Below are positions 50,618 through 61,011 of a DNA stretch of 64,000 nucleotides, piece after piece. The notes below the pieces were generated by a model, which was given only the letters and a program-made list of their open reading frames with translations, was not told where the DNA came from and searched no databases. The stretch comes from a virus. The DNA lies in IMG/VR virus record IMGVR_UViG_3300036715_001783, positions 1 to 64,000 of that record. One strand, given 5' to 3'. Every line of letters begins with the position of its first letter. Within the stretch, counting starts at the first letter, position 1. A program made the position numbers and the translations under genes.

Positions 50618-50887
50618 ATGATTACTAAAACTGATGGAACAAATCCATACGAAACTGGTGATGTAGTTCAATTAAAGTCTGGTGGTCCAGCAATGACAGT
50701 TATCTGGCCAAGTACTGTTCGACCTTCTTTATTGGAGTGTAATTGGTATGACATTAAAGGTAGGCTGCAACATGGCTCATTTCATTTTAAAATGTTAAGA
50801 ATTGTTCCCAATCAACATCTCAGTGATCGATGTCCCGACCAAACTTCTGTTGTGTTACATGGATATGCGTATCCTGTATACAAATGA
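50618..50887 (+). CDS. YodC/DUF2158 family protein
   Basis: GDVVQLKSGGPAMTV. Confidence 0.75.
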   Translation: MITKTDGTNPYETGDVVQLKSGGPAMTVIWPSTVRPSLLECNWYDIKGRLQHGSFHFKMLRIVPNQHLSDRCPDQTSVVLHGYAYPVYK

Positions 50888-50892
50888 TTTGT

Positions 50893-50958
50893 CCCCCTAT
50901 TGACATTTAATTTATTTCATGTATAATAGGGTTTTTAAATTAATCAAAAGGAGATAAT
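50893..50958 (+). repeat. 66-bp direct repeat, left copy (promoter plus RBS)
   Basis: 65/66 identical to 59057-59122; contains TTGACA..TATAAT and AAGGAG. Confidence 0.95.
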
Positions 50959-50959
50959 T

Positions 50960-52033
50960 GTGACAAAAGAAAAGGTTCCAAAGGTAAAAACCTGGGATGA
51001 GAAGTGGGGGAATTTAACAGATGATGCTATACTGGTGTCTGGTAATAATGCTGTTCACTATTCATTCAAATATATCAATTCAAACTTACAAGGTGGAATA
51101 AGATTATCTCCATCTGATGTGATATTAGATTCACCATATGTTTCTGGTATAACTGCTATGTGTTATCAACAACTACCTGTTGAATACTTTGCGTCATCTG
51201 TTATCACAATTTATAGTTATTTAGATTACCTTAATAACTCAAATCCAAGTCACCCACACGTTTCACTATTTACAACCAACCATACAGCTAGGTATGAATA
51301 TGGTACAACTGATTTATCTGGAACAAATTGTCGAATGAGACAAGTTTTGATACCTATTGGTGATGGGTACATAAGTGCTACACCAGTTAGTCCAGCAGGA
51401 TTTAATTACCTAATGAAACAATTGAATGACCAAATTGAACCCAAAGAACGGTTAACTACTTATTTCATCACGTATGGTGGTGCAAATGGACGGAATGTTG
51501 GGTGGGAAGCATGCAAAAAACATACCTATGCACTGTGTATGTCAGCTCCAACTGAGGATAGAAACATCCAACATGCGTATTCTATTTTTTACAAAGGTGT
51601 TGACTTGTCTTTGCCTAAACATATTGTACGTGAGTTATTTAATTTGCGACTACACCCCGACATGGTGGGATATACCAAAAAAGAAAATGATATATTATCA
51701 AGTTTCATCAATGTGGTGTTGCACAAAGCTGTATTAGCTCGAGACATATTAATATCACAGAAGGATGCATTATATGATGCAGAACTATTTGAAAATGTTA
51801 CTGCACCACATAGTTATATTTTTGAATTACATGAGTCAGTAACAAACGATCTTATACAAAGTGGACTAATAAATCCAACTAAACGGAATAAGGAATGGAA
51901 AGGGTTGTTGGCAACTAAGATTGTGAGCATGTTGGTGGATGAGAAGATCACTATTAGTGGGCAAACACGGTCATTAAATCTTGATGATGACCAAATTGCT
52001 GAACTATCAGATAAGATGAGAAAAATGCTATGA
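50960..52033 (+). CDS. cas8f: Type I-F Cas8f (Csy1)-like
   Basis: Operon position; H.SFKY, RQV.IP.GDGY...TP, YGGAN..NVG. Confidence 0.75.
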   Translation: MTKEKVPKVKTWDEKWGNLTDDAILVSGNNAVHYSFKYINSNLQGGIRLSPSDVILDSPYVSGITAMCYQQLPVEYFASSVITIYSYLDYLNNSNPSHPHVSLFTTNHTARYEYGTTDLSGTNCRMRQVLIPIGDGYISATPVSPAGFNYLMKQLNDQIEPKERLTTYFITYGGANGRNVGWEACKKHTYALCMSAPTEDRNIQHAYSIFYKGVDLSLPKHIVRELFNLRLHPDMVGYTKKENDILSSFINVVLHKAVLARDILISQKDALYDAELFENVTAPHSYIFELHESVTNDLIQSGLINPTKRNKEWKGLLATKIVSMLVDEKITISGQTRSLNLDDDQIAELSDKMRKML

Positions 52034-52833
52034 ACAATATATTAATAATTCCAAGAATTGAAGTGGTCAAATATAATGTATTGGCTTCTCAGTGGTTAAT
52101 TTCACCAACCCCTGTACATGCCATAAACATGTTTGTCCACAATTTACAACTTAAAACTGGTATTGTATGCTCACGGGTATCCATTGTGCACCATGATTTT
52201 TCATACAAGGCTGCTATTGGGAAATATAATGCACCCGCATTTGAAAAGCCAAAGGGAGCATCGTTTATTGATAAGTTAGATTATCCAAGTGACGGAAAGC
52301 CATTAATAGGGCCAAAATCACTATCATTTCAACCTAATTTTTATGGAGACATGACTATTAGTTTGATTATCGAAATTGACGATAGTGATAAGCACACAGA
52401 CGTGGAAGATTTTCTACATACAGCAAAAATTGCTGGTGGGGATATTATATCACACAAACCAATAAAGGTGTGTAATATCGCTGATGTATTTAACCACATC
52501 AAAACTGGTTTCTTCGTCGAAGATTATAGCCACCTAATTGACCCTTCAAAAAATCAATTAGAACAATTGGTTACAACAATATCTAATAGCAAAGATTGGA
52601 TAAGTGCTGCCACATTGGGGTATGCTAAACTAACACAAGAGATTCACAAGCCAGGAGTACGAAATGGTGTTAAACATTGTTTCGTAGAGCCTTTAGTGGG
52701 GCTAATAAAATATATTCCAATTCACAACACCAAGGATGTTTCTGATATTCGATTTTGGAATTATGAGTGGAACACCCCATCAACTTTTATATGCAAACAA
52801 GAAGCCCTAATTTTAAATTCAGAGGAGAATTAA
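52030..52833 (+). CDS. cas5f: Type I-F Cas5f (Csy2)
   Basis: I.IP.I.V..YN, F.H.L, KIAGG.I, GY..L, R..H.FVEP..GL. Confidence 0.88.
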   Translation: MNNILIIPRIEVVKYNVLASQWLISPTPVHAINMFVHNLQLKTGIVCSRVSIVHHDFSYKAAIGKYNAPAFEKPKGASFIDKLDYPSDGKPLIGPKSLSFQPNFYGDMTISLIIEIDDSDKHTDVEDFLHTAKIAGGDIISHKPIKVCNIADVFNHIKTGFFVEDYSHLIDPSKNQLEQLVTTISNSKDWISAATLGYAKLTQEIHKPGVRNGVKHCFVEPLVGLIKYIPIHNTKDVSDIRFWNYEWNTPSTFICKQEALILNSEEN

Positions 52834-52834
52834 T

Positions 52835-53890
52835 ATGTCAAAACAAGTTTTTAAAAAGACCCCAAGTGTGTTAGCATTTCAACGGGCTGTATTAGCAACC
52901 GATGCTTTAATTTACAGTGTGTTGGATACCGGTATTGAGTTACCAGTACAAGTGACAGAAGTTGGAATCAGAGGTACTCAAAATATTAATGGTTCAATAA
53001 AAGAAGAAGTGCGAAATCTTCAATTGGTGGACGCTGCTAAAACTGCACCAAATACAAAGTTTGTTAAATTTGTATTTGGTATTAAGTTTATTGATATAAG
53101 AAAATCATTACACTCCATCGCAAGTGGTAAAGAGGATAGCAAACAAGACGTAAGTGATTTCAAACAAAGTTTAGATGAATTTTTGAACAGAGTAACTGGT
53201 CAAGAAGATGGAGAATTAGAAATCACTGGTAGTGATGGAATTTTAGATGTTGCAACTCGTTATGCCAGAAATATTGCAAATGCAAAGTGGTTGTGGCGTA
53301 ATCGGTTATATGCTTCATCAATCACAACAACCGTTTCTGTTACTGATATCAAATCAAAACAGGCTCCTACAGTGTTTGTGTTTGATTCACTTGAGGTAGA
53401 ATCTAAACATTTTGATGATTTTACTAAGGACGAAGAAGAACTTGGTAAACTAATCAACGATAGCTTATTAGGTACACGATTGTTAACCATCGAAGTATCA
53501 AGTGTTGTGGATTTTGGGGTTACAGGCGTGTTTGAAGTATTCCCATCCCAGTTATTCATTGATACTGATGCACTACCAAAAAATAAAAAAGGTAAATTTT
53601 TGTATGCAATCAAAAATAGCAATGATAGCATTGGCCAAGCAGCCATTAGAGATCAAAAAATAACCAATGCGTTGAGAACAATTGATACTTGGTACAAAGA
53701 ATTTGATCAAGTAAAAGATCCTATTCCAGTTGAACCAAATGGTGCAAGTTTAACCCATATGGTCTTTTTTAGAAAAGGTGCAGAATCGTCCTTTGATATT
53801 ATTAAACGATTGAACACCATTGATGTTGATAGTGATGAAGGTAAGTTCTTTATATCCGCATTAATTCGTGGCGGCGTTTATTCATCATAA
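52835..53890 (+). CDS. cas7f: Type I-F Cas7f (Csy3)
   Basis: SVLAF.R, IRGT, NLQ.VD, A.RYA.NIAN..WLWRN, PSQ, QKI.NALRTIDTWY, LIRGGV. Confidence 0.95.
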   Translation: MSKQVFKKTPSVLAFQRAVLATDALIYSVLDTGIELPVQVTEVGIRGTQNINGSIKEEVRNLQLVDAAKTAPNTKFVKFVFGIKFIDIRKSLHSIASGKEDSKQDVSDFKQSLDEFLNRVTGQEDGELEITGSDGILDVATRYARNIANAKWLWRNRLYASSITTTVSVTDIKSKQAPTVFVFDSLEVESKHFDDFTKDEEELGKLINDSLLGTRLLTIEVSSVVDFGVTGVFEVFPSQLFIDTDALPKNKKGKFLYAIKNSNDSIGQAAIRDQKITNALRTIDTWYKEFDQVKDPIPVEPNGASLTHMVFFRKGAESSFDIIKRLNTIDVDSDEGKFFISALIRGGVYSS

Positions 53891-53901
53891 GGAATAATAA
53901 C

Positions 53902-54474
53902 ATGACAATTTTGCATTATGTTGATTTAACACACTCCCGGTTCAATAATATTCCACAAGATAAGTCTAATATATTCAGACTATTGCATGGTATTTTTAAA
54001 TCAGATAATCATTTATACAACGTATTCGGGTTAGCTTTTATTAAAAATGGAGTTAGAGTGTTTTGTGAAGATATTGGTGGGTTAGAAGATTTGTGGACAG
54101 AACTAAAAAATAACGATTCTGTAAAAGAATCATTTTATTTAGATAGACCAAATTCTGTTAATTTATCAAAATATATTGGCGGATGGATTTCGCATTCAAG
54201 GTTCTCTATCCCAACAAGAAAACAAGATAGACACCCAACAGGTCCACTACGAAGAAAACGATTATTAGAAGCAGATGAAAATCCTAACATTTCATATGTA
54301 AATGTTGGTTCAAAATCACAACAAACCCATTTCAGATATTATGTGAATCATCAATTCCATAATGATTGGAATTATGAGAGTGGTTGGGAAACTAATGGTT
54401 ATGGATTGTCATCATCTACAAGGTTGGTTGCTTTTCCATATTCAATTGGTAGAGAGTATCCGATTTATGAATGA
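53902..54474 (+). CDS. cas6f: Type I-F Cas6f (Csy4)
   Basis: HYVD, LH, S.S..T.F, N.YGLS.....P. Confidence 0.85.
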   Translation: MTILHYVDLTHSRFNNIPQDKSNIFRLLHGIFKSDNHLYNVFGLAFIKNGVRVFCEDIGGLEDLWTELKNNDSVKESFYLDRPNSVNLSKYIGGWISHSRFSIPTRKQDRHPTGPLRRKRLLEADENPNISYVNVGSKSQQTHFRYYVNHQFHNDWNYESGWETNGYGLSSSTRLVAFPYSIGREYPIYE

Positions 54475-55012
54475 CCCAACATTCACAGGGATAATGTTAT
54501 CTAAGCATTAGTCATCGTGTAGATGATTTAGAAATCCCATTGATAAAGTTAGAGGACAAGTGAACAAATCTACTAATGTGAATGAATTGATGGGACATGA
54601 AGGAGCATTTGCAAAGAAACTATTTTCACTGTTAGCAACTGGTTTCAACATAACTAATTTTTCAAGACAACGAAATGAACAAGATTCTACACAATCTATT
54701 AATGTTATGATTAATAACTATTTAGATTATGGTAATTATTTGGCCTATGGATACGCTGCTGTAGTTCTAAATGGGTTGGGATTGAATCATGGGTTTCCGT
54801 TGTTGCACGGTACAACCAGAAGAGATGCTTTAATTTTTGATGTAGCTGATTTATTCAAAGATGGGCATATAATGCCCACTGCTTTCGAATATGCTACATC
54901 AGGAACAAAACAAACAGGACAACTATATAGACAATTAGTTACCAAACATTGCTACGATTCAGGGGTGTTAGATGACGCATTTTTATCCATGAAATCCATC
55001 GTTTCTTTGTGA
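54467..55012 (+). pseudogene. cas1: cas1 (type I-F) disrupted by a CRISPR repeat and an internal deletion
   Basis: MNDPTFTGIMLSK, repeat, then ...LMGHEG..K.LF, F.R, N.YLDYGNYLAYGYAA, LHG.TRR.AL.FDVADLFKD. Confidence 0.85.
54507..54534 (+). repeat. Solitary CRISPR repeat inside cas1
   Basis: Exact ATTAGTCATCGTGTAGATGATTTAGAAA. Confidence 0.97.
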
Positions 55013-55027
55013 TTGTTACCTATGTTG

Positions 55028-55056
55028 TTGATTTTAGCAGTAAAATGTGCTAAACT
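55028..55056 (+). promoter_or_regulatory. CRISPR leader promoter
   Basis: TTGATT-N17-TAAACT, 5 nt before repeat 1. Confidence 0.6.
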
Positions 55057-55061
55057 ACAGC

Positions 55062-56049
55062 ATTAGTCATCGTGTAGATGATTTAGAAACGCATGAATAA
55101 CGCTACGCGGCATACCGTCATATTAGTCATCGTGTAGATGATTTAGAAATGACATGACAGTTGACATGACAGGTGATGTGAATTAGTCATCGTGTAGATG
55201 ATTTAGAAATGATGATGTGATGTTGTCATACAGTCGTGATAATTAGTCATCGTGTAGATGATTTAGAAACAAACAAACCATGCCTGTTTTACCCACTACT
55301 TATTAGTCATCGTGTAGATGATTTAGAAAAATTCGGTAGTGGCTCTTCAGCACAATCAATGATTAGTCATCGTGTAGATGATTTAGAAAACCATATGAAG
55401 GAGTGGTAGCACCATCGGGGCATTAGTCATCGTGTAGATGATTTAGAAACACTTGGAGGATATTTCTTAGATGGACACAAAATTAGTCATCGTGTAGATG
55501 ATTTAGAAATAGACCCATTGTCTGTTCCACCAGTATGGTAAATTAGTCATCGTGTAGATGATTTAGAAAATCAAATAATAAAATATTTTTGATTGATAAA
55601 TATTAGTCATCGTGTAGATGATTTAGAAAAATGGAGTAATAGTGAGTTTGACAGCTGATGTATTAGTCATCGTGTAGATGATTTAGAAATCAAAGTATCG
55701 CCATATAATCAGCTCCTTCTAATTAGTCATCGTGTAGATGATTTAGAAAATTATATGCAAAAGGTAGATTTACGTTAGTTGATTAGTCATCGTGTAGATG
55801 ATTTAGAAAACATAAGTACACATATGGGTATTTGGTTAATAATTAGTCATCGTGTAGATGATTTAGAAAAATCAATTTTTGATATAGATGTGTAATTTGA
55901 AATTAGTCATCGTGTAGATGATTTAGAAAAGCATACGGGTACAAAGGAGAAGTTGGATTCAATTAGTCATCGTGTAGATGATTTAGAAAACATGAATAAT
56001 ATACAATCATCGTCTGCAATAATTAGTCATCGTGTAGATGATTTAGAAA
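55062..56049 (+). CRISPR. Type I-F array: 17 identical 28-bp repeats, 16 spacers of 32 bp
   Basis: 60-bp period; TCATC-GTGTA-GATGA hairpin; repeat ends TAGAAA. Confidence 0.99.
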
Positions 56050-56073
56050 TGTTATAACAATCGGAGGGTAATA

Positions 56074-59052
56074 ATGTTTATAGTAATTGTATCATCATGT
56101 ATTAAGAAAGCAAAAGGTAGAACAAGAAGAGTATTAGATCAATATGCTACCCGGATAGAGTCGAATGCTTGGCAAACACCAATAACCAATATTGGATTAC
56201 AACAACTGCACAAGGACCTAAAAAAGGTAGCAACTAGACACACATCAGTAACTTGTTTTGTTAATAGTGGGTACAAACAACTTCAAAAATTATGGACTGT
56301 TGGATCTGAAGCTAGCAAATACAACTTCCAACAAAGTGTGTTCAAGACTAAAGATGGTAGCTCATACCGGTCAACTGTCCCACCACACATCCGCAAAATT
56401 TCATTATTATCCAAAACCGCTGGATATGCTCATGATTTGGGCAAAGCCTCTGTTAAATTTCAAAATAAATTAATAGGGAAGGGTTCCATTGGAGATGATA
56501 TCCGACATGAGTGGATATCAATGAGAGTTCTCCAACAACTTAGAAAAGGAAAATCTTGGCAACAGGCATGGGACTCCCCTATAAACATTGAGTTTGATGG
56601 GTTTATGAAAAATGGGATGACTCAGATCAACGATGTGTTGGATTTTTGTGTGGCTACTCATCATGGACTATTCTGCAAGTATGACACAGAGACTCGGGAA
56701 ATAAACAACGATGTAAATAATTTTCACGTAAGAAATGTAAATTTTAAATCATCAGATTTTCAAGTAGCTGGTAACATTGACCCTGATTTATTATCTAAAA
56801 TATCATCAGGTGAAAAAAGATTAAACAAAATGATTTCGGGGGCAACTCCTCTTGAATTGGAATACCTAGCTTGGATTTCCAGAGCTATGTTAATTATGGC
56901 AGACCAAGTTGTTTCTGCAACACACAAAAACAAATACAAAAAAAGTGAGTTATACGCTAATACCGATAGAATACTAGGTCAAAAAAATGGTCCACTTAAT
57001 CAACCATTAGATTATCATTTAACTAATGTTGGTGAGTATGCATCTAATTATGCATACAAGTTTCTAACAGAAGTTGACTATCCAGCTTTATCCTCACAAA
57101 CTATCAGCAATATTTTAACAAAATCAACAGATACCAGATTTGTTTGGCAGGATATTGCTTGTGAACATTTTATAGCTCAACCTGAATCAAATTTTTTAAT
57201 TTTCAATATTGCAAATACAGGATGTGGGAAAACTCTAGCAAACCTAAAACTTGCAACAACTATTTCAAAAAATGAAGAACAAACAAGAATATCTATCTGC
57301 CTCAATTTACGCTCTCTAACTCTACAAACTGGTAGAGAATATAACCGTATATTGAACCCACATGAAATAGACGCATTTGCTGTCCTTATAGGGGACAAAA
57401 CTACCCAACAACTATTTGATAATGACTGCGACGAAAATATTACCGAACCTAATATTGACATCGACGAAAACTTCCATATAAACAAGGAGTTACCTGAATG
57501 GTTGGAATTATTTTGTGATCTGTCATCAAATAGGAACACTATATTAGCGGCACCATTATTAGTGTCCACTGTAGATTATTTAATAAAAGCAGCTACCCCA
57601 AGTGCACAAGGCCACCATGTTGCAAGTTTAATTAGAGCAGCCTCATCTGATTTAATATTAGATGAAGTTGACGGATATGAACCTAATCAATTGGTAATTA
57701 TATGTAAATTGATTGAATTAGTTTCTTTTTTCGGTAGAAACGTAATATGCTCGACCGCTACTTTATCCACACCTGTTGCTGATTTAATATTGATAGCGTT
57801 TAATAGAGGTAGAGAAGCTCGACAATTGTTGATTGATAGTAATCACACATCCCAATTTGGAATTGTGGATAATATAATTAAACCATCATCAATATCATTT
57901 GGGGAAGATGTAAAAACTCATTACATGAACACAATAACAACCAAAAATAATTTAAACAATCAAGTAATAACAAAACTTGCAAAATTAACTCGTGTTCCAG
58001 AGGTAACAGAAGAATGTTGGTTTAATTCAATAGCAGAGGATTGTGTTGAACACCATAACAACCACCAGTGGATATACAAAGAAGCAACAGTTTCAATTGG
58101 ATTGATACGAGTTGCTAATATTAAACATGGAATTGCCTTATCCAAATTCTTGACACAAACCCTATCAAACGTAAAGGTATGTTTTTATCACGCAAATGAT
58201 TTCAAAATCGCTAGGTTTCACAAAGAACAAATATTAGATAGATTATTAACTAGAAAAAATCCCAACAAGGTGTATTCGGATTTGGATAGTGAATTGGAGC
58301 CTGGAAAAGATATAATGTTTATAGTTGTAGCAACTCCTGTTGAAGAAATAGGAAGAGACCATGATTTTGATTGGGCTATTATTGAGCCATCAAGTTGCTC
58401 ATCTATTATACAAACAGCTGGTCGAGTCAATCGACACCGTCTAATTAAGCAAACAGTTCCTAATATTAGTATATTGCAATACAATCATCGAAATATTAAC
58501 AACCACAACAAATCAACAAAGATATCATTTGTGAGACCTGGATTGGAATGTCAATTAATTGGAGGAACATCTCACCCATCCAAAGATATAGAACAATTAT
58601 TGCCATGGGATAATGATGTATTGCAAATATCGTCAACGTTAAGATTTAATAGTGTGTTTGCAAGTTGTGATGATACAGCAATATCAAATACCACTACTCA
58701 CGCTATTAAAAGGTTTTTTTCTACTAAGCACACCCTATTATTAAAAAATAAATTTTATAATGACTATAGGTTGCGTGATAATGAACAACAAACTGAAATT
58801 ATATTAGGCTGGGAAAATGGTGACACTTATAAATTTTGTGAGTATAAACAACTACCCGTTATAAGGACCAATAAAGTATTAGTTGATCCACCATATGGAA
58901 ATACTTGGCTATCATTATCACACCTCGAGTTGAATAAAAAATGTAAGGCTAATGATGTTCCATACTATATTGGTAAATCATTATCCGTAAGAAAAGTTAA
59001 AGACGAAACAAGCCTTCACCACGATTGGTCATTTGGTTGGTGGATGGAATAA
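56074..59052 (+). CDS. cas3: Cas2-Cas3 fusion (type I-F)
   Basis: VS.C.KKA..RTRRVLD.YA, WQT.IT..GL; HDLGK, RHEW.S; A.TG.GKT, DEVD, ATPV.E.GRD.DFD, Q.AGRV.RHR. Confidence 0.95.
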   Translation: MFIVIVSSCIKKAKGRTRRVLDQYATRIESNAWQTPITNIGLQQLHKDLKKVATRHTSVTCFVNSGYKQLQKLWTVGSEASKYNFQQSVFKTKDGSSYRSTVPPHIRKISLLSKTAGYAHDLGKASVKFQNKLIGKGSIGDDIRHEWISMRVLQQLRKGKSWQQAWDSPINIEFDGFMKNGMTQINDVLDFCVATHHGLFCKYDTETREINNDVNNFHVRNVNFKSSDFQVAGNIDPDLLSKISSGEKRLNKMISGATPLELEYLAWISRAMLIMADQVVSATHKNKYKKSELYANTDRILGQKNGPLNQPLDYHLTNVGEYASNYAYKFLTEVDYPALSSQTISNILTKSTDTRFVWQDIACEHFIAQPESNFLIFNIANTGCGKTLANLKLATTISKNEEQTRISICLNLRSLTLQTGREYNRILNPHEIDAFAVLIGDKTTQQLFDNDCDENITEPNIDIDENFHINKELPEWLELFCDLSSNRNTILAAPLLVSTVDYLIKAATPSAQGHHVASLIRAASSDLILDEVDGYEPNQLVIICKLIELVSFFGRNVICSTATLSTPVADLILIAFNRGREARQLLIDSNHTSQFGIVDNIIKPSSISFGEDVKTHYMNTITTKNNLNNQVITKLAKLTRVPEVTEECWFNSIAEDCVEHHNNHQWIYKEATVSIGLIRVANIKHGIALSKFLTQTLSNVKVCFYHANDFKIARFHKEQILDRLLTRKNPNKVYSDLDSELEPGKDIMFIVVATPVEEIGRDHDFDWAIIEPSSCSSIIQTAGRVNRHRLIKQTVPNISILQYNHRNINNHNKSTKISFVRPGLECQLIGGTSHPSKDIEQLLPWDNDVLQISSTLRFNSVFASCDDTAISNTTTHAIKRFFSTKHTLLLKNKFYNDYRLRDNEQQTEIILGWENGDTYKFCEYKQLPVIRTNKVLVDPPYGNTWLSLSHLELNKKCKANDVPYYIGKSLSVRKVKDETSLHHDWSFGWWME

Positions 59053-59056
59053 TATA

Positions 59057-59122
59057 CCCCCTATTGACATTTAATTTATTTCGTGTATAATAGGGTTTTT
59101 AAATTAATCAAAAGGAGATAAT
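59057..59122 (+). repeat. 66-bp direct repeat, right copy
   Basis: See 50893-50958. Confidence 0.95.
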
Positions 59123-59853
59123 ATCATGTGGAACAGAGTTTTAAGATTAGCAGCCTTTCTTGCACTATTGTGGTTAATCATCACAGTATTTTTATGTGTT
59201 GGAATGTGGAATAATGGTTTTGCTCCTCATGATTATCTCGAAAATGAGCATGTCGATCGTTCATCTTTCATCAAACAAAAGAAAGCAGAACAAGACCAAC
59301 GATTCAGAGACAGAGGATGGATTAAATAATGAATTGAAATATTTTGTGGGCAATTGCTATAGTTGGGTGGTTAGCCATCACCTGTGATTTAATATGGGAA
59401 GATGTGTTTCATTCATCCAACACCACTATCCAACTGCAGCAGAGAGCAATAAACTATGAGCCAAGATATATTTGGTCTAGTTGAAGATATTAATAACCAA
59501 CTAGGAACGAAATTAGATTCAGTTGGAAGTTATTATTTGACTTCGTATGCTCACAATGGATTACAATGTTATGCACTGAGAACTATTGTGTTTAATGAAC
59601 CGCAATAACGTTGACATTAATGCAAAATTAGATGATGGGGACTATACAGTTCCTGATGGAATGTTGTTAGTTGTTTGCATCCAGAGTTAATTGGTTTTGT
59701 AATTGGTAACACACCTGATTGGTGTGCTGATCACTTAGATCAAATTTGTGCTTTGATGCACAAACATAAAGTGATAAATAAGGTGTGTGATGTATATAAC
59801 ATTACATATTGTAAGTATGATGTGTGGGCTCGATTAAGAGTGTATAGTTAGCA

Positions 59854-60125
59854 ATACCCTGACTGTTGTCTACTAATGGAAATTAGTAGATAATAACTAA
59901 AATTATAAGAATGATTGTGATGACTCAATCGGCAACAGGTGATACCCTTCTCCCTGTCAAGTAGGAACAGAAGTGCAAGGATGCACTTAACGTAGCCTTT
60001 AGGATGATGCCTATAAAGTTGACCTACTTGGGAGCTATGTCAACTATAGTTAAATATAATAAACATGTGATATTCATGTCGCCAGGTACTTCCAATCAAC
60101 TGCGTTAATGTGGGGGCAGGGATAT
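59854..60125. ncRNA. Candidate structured ncRNA, about 270 nt
   Basis: ORF-free; CCCTG/CAGGG closing stem; several hairpins. Confidence 0.45.
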
Positions 60126-60161
60126 GTTTTAAGAGCAGATATTATTAGTTAATTAGTAAAC

Positions 60162-60212
60162 AAGATAACCAATTAACTTTCGCATCAAATGCGAAAGTTA
60201 ATTGGTTATCTT
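60162..60212. repeat. Perfect 24-bp inverted repeat, 3-nt loop
   Basis: AAGATAACCAATTAACTTTCGCAT-CAA-ATGCGAAAGTTAATTGGTTATCTT. Confidence 0.95.
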
Positions 60213-60532
60213 ACGCAGTCAGATGTATTGATTGTGTCTAAATCAAAACCATTACTCATAAGGAATCATTATGGTTGAAACACCAACACCAATACCAATT
60301 ACGGAAATATTATCTTGGTTGATACATGAACCAGTAGCTTATTATCCACATGTGGATTTTTTATTCCATTCCACCATATTTGATTTGGTCATTAGATAAT
60401 AAACTCATTACCCATATATATGTGGAAGATGTTGAGGGTATTGAAGTCGTTATAATGGAGGTCCATCTGATTTTCGATGTGATGTAGCAGGTGTAATCAC
60501 ATCGGTTAAAAATTTACACAGAACAAAAATCA

Positions 60533-60808
60533 TTGTTCAGTCATATTTTAACTGGTTGTAAAGCACAACAAAAACCACGAACTGGTTTTAATATTTTTGC
60601 TTACTTGACAGAAGAATTTGGTGAGGTAGCCACAGAAATTAATATTGAGCAAGGATATTCAACAAAACCACCTGGTAAAGATGGTATTATTGGTGAATGT
60701 GTTGATGTTATGGTATGTGTTATTGATTTGATTCGCCATTATTACCCAGACGTAACTGAACAAGAACTAGTTGATATAGCAACCAACAAATTAGCCAAGT
60801 GGAAATAA
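60533..60808 (+). CDS. MazG-like nucleotide pyrophosphohydrolase
   Basis: EEFGEVA, GE..DV, K..KW. Confidence 0.75.
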   Translation: MFSHILTGCKAQQKPRTGFNIFAYLTEEFGEVATEINIEQGYSTKPPGKDGIIGECVDVMVCVIDLIRHYYPDVTEQELVDIATNKLAKWK

Positions 60809-61011
60809 TATGACAGGACAATATAGAAATTTGCGAGATTTACTAGGAAACTCTCCAAGTGTAGTTATCACTAATCCTAAGAACACACTGTTTGATATCG
60901 GTGCTATTGGTGAATTAACACATATTACAAGAGGTGAATTTCCAATCCAGGTATGGGCAGTAACAAAAACAAATCGTGGCTGGATTAATATTGAAAATGT
61001 GGAGGTGATTA

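Noticed and set aside
55930-55961. Spacer 15 (encodes AYGYKGEVGF) as self-targeting the dUTPase-like gene (SGYKGHIGF)
   Set aside because: Nucleotide identity too low; no convincing self-match for any spacer seen by eye.
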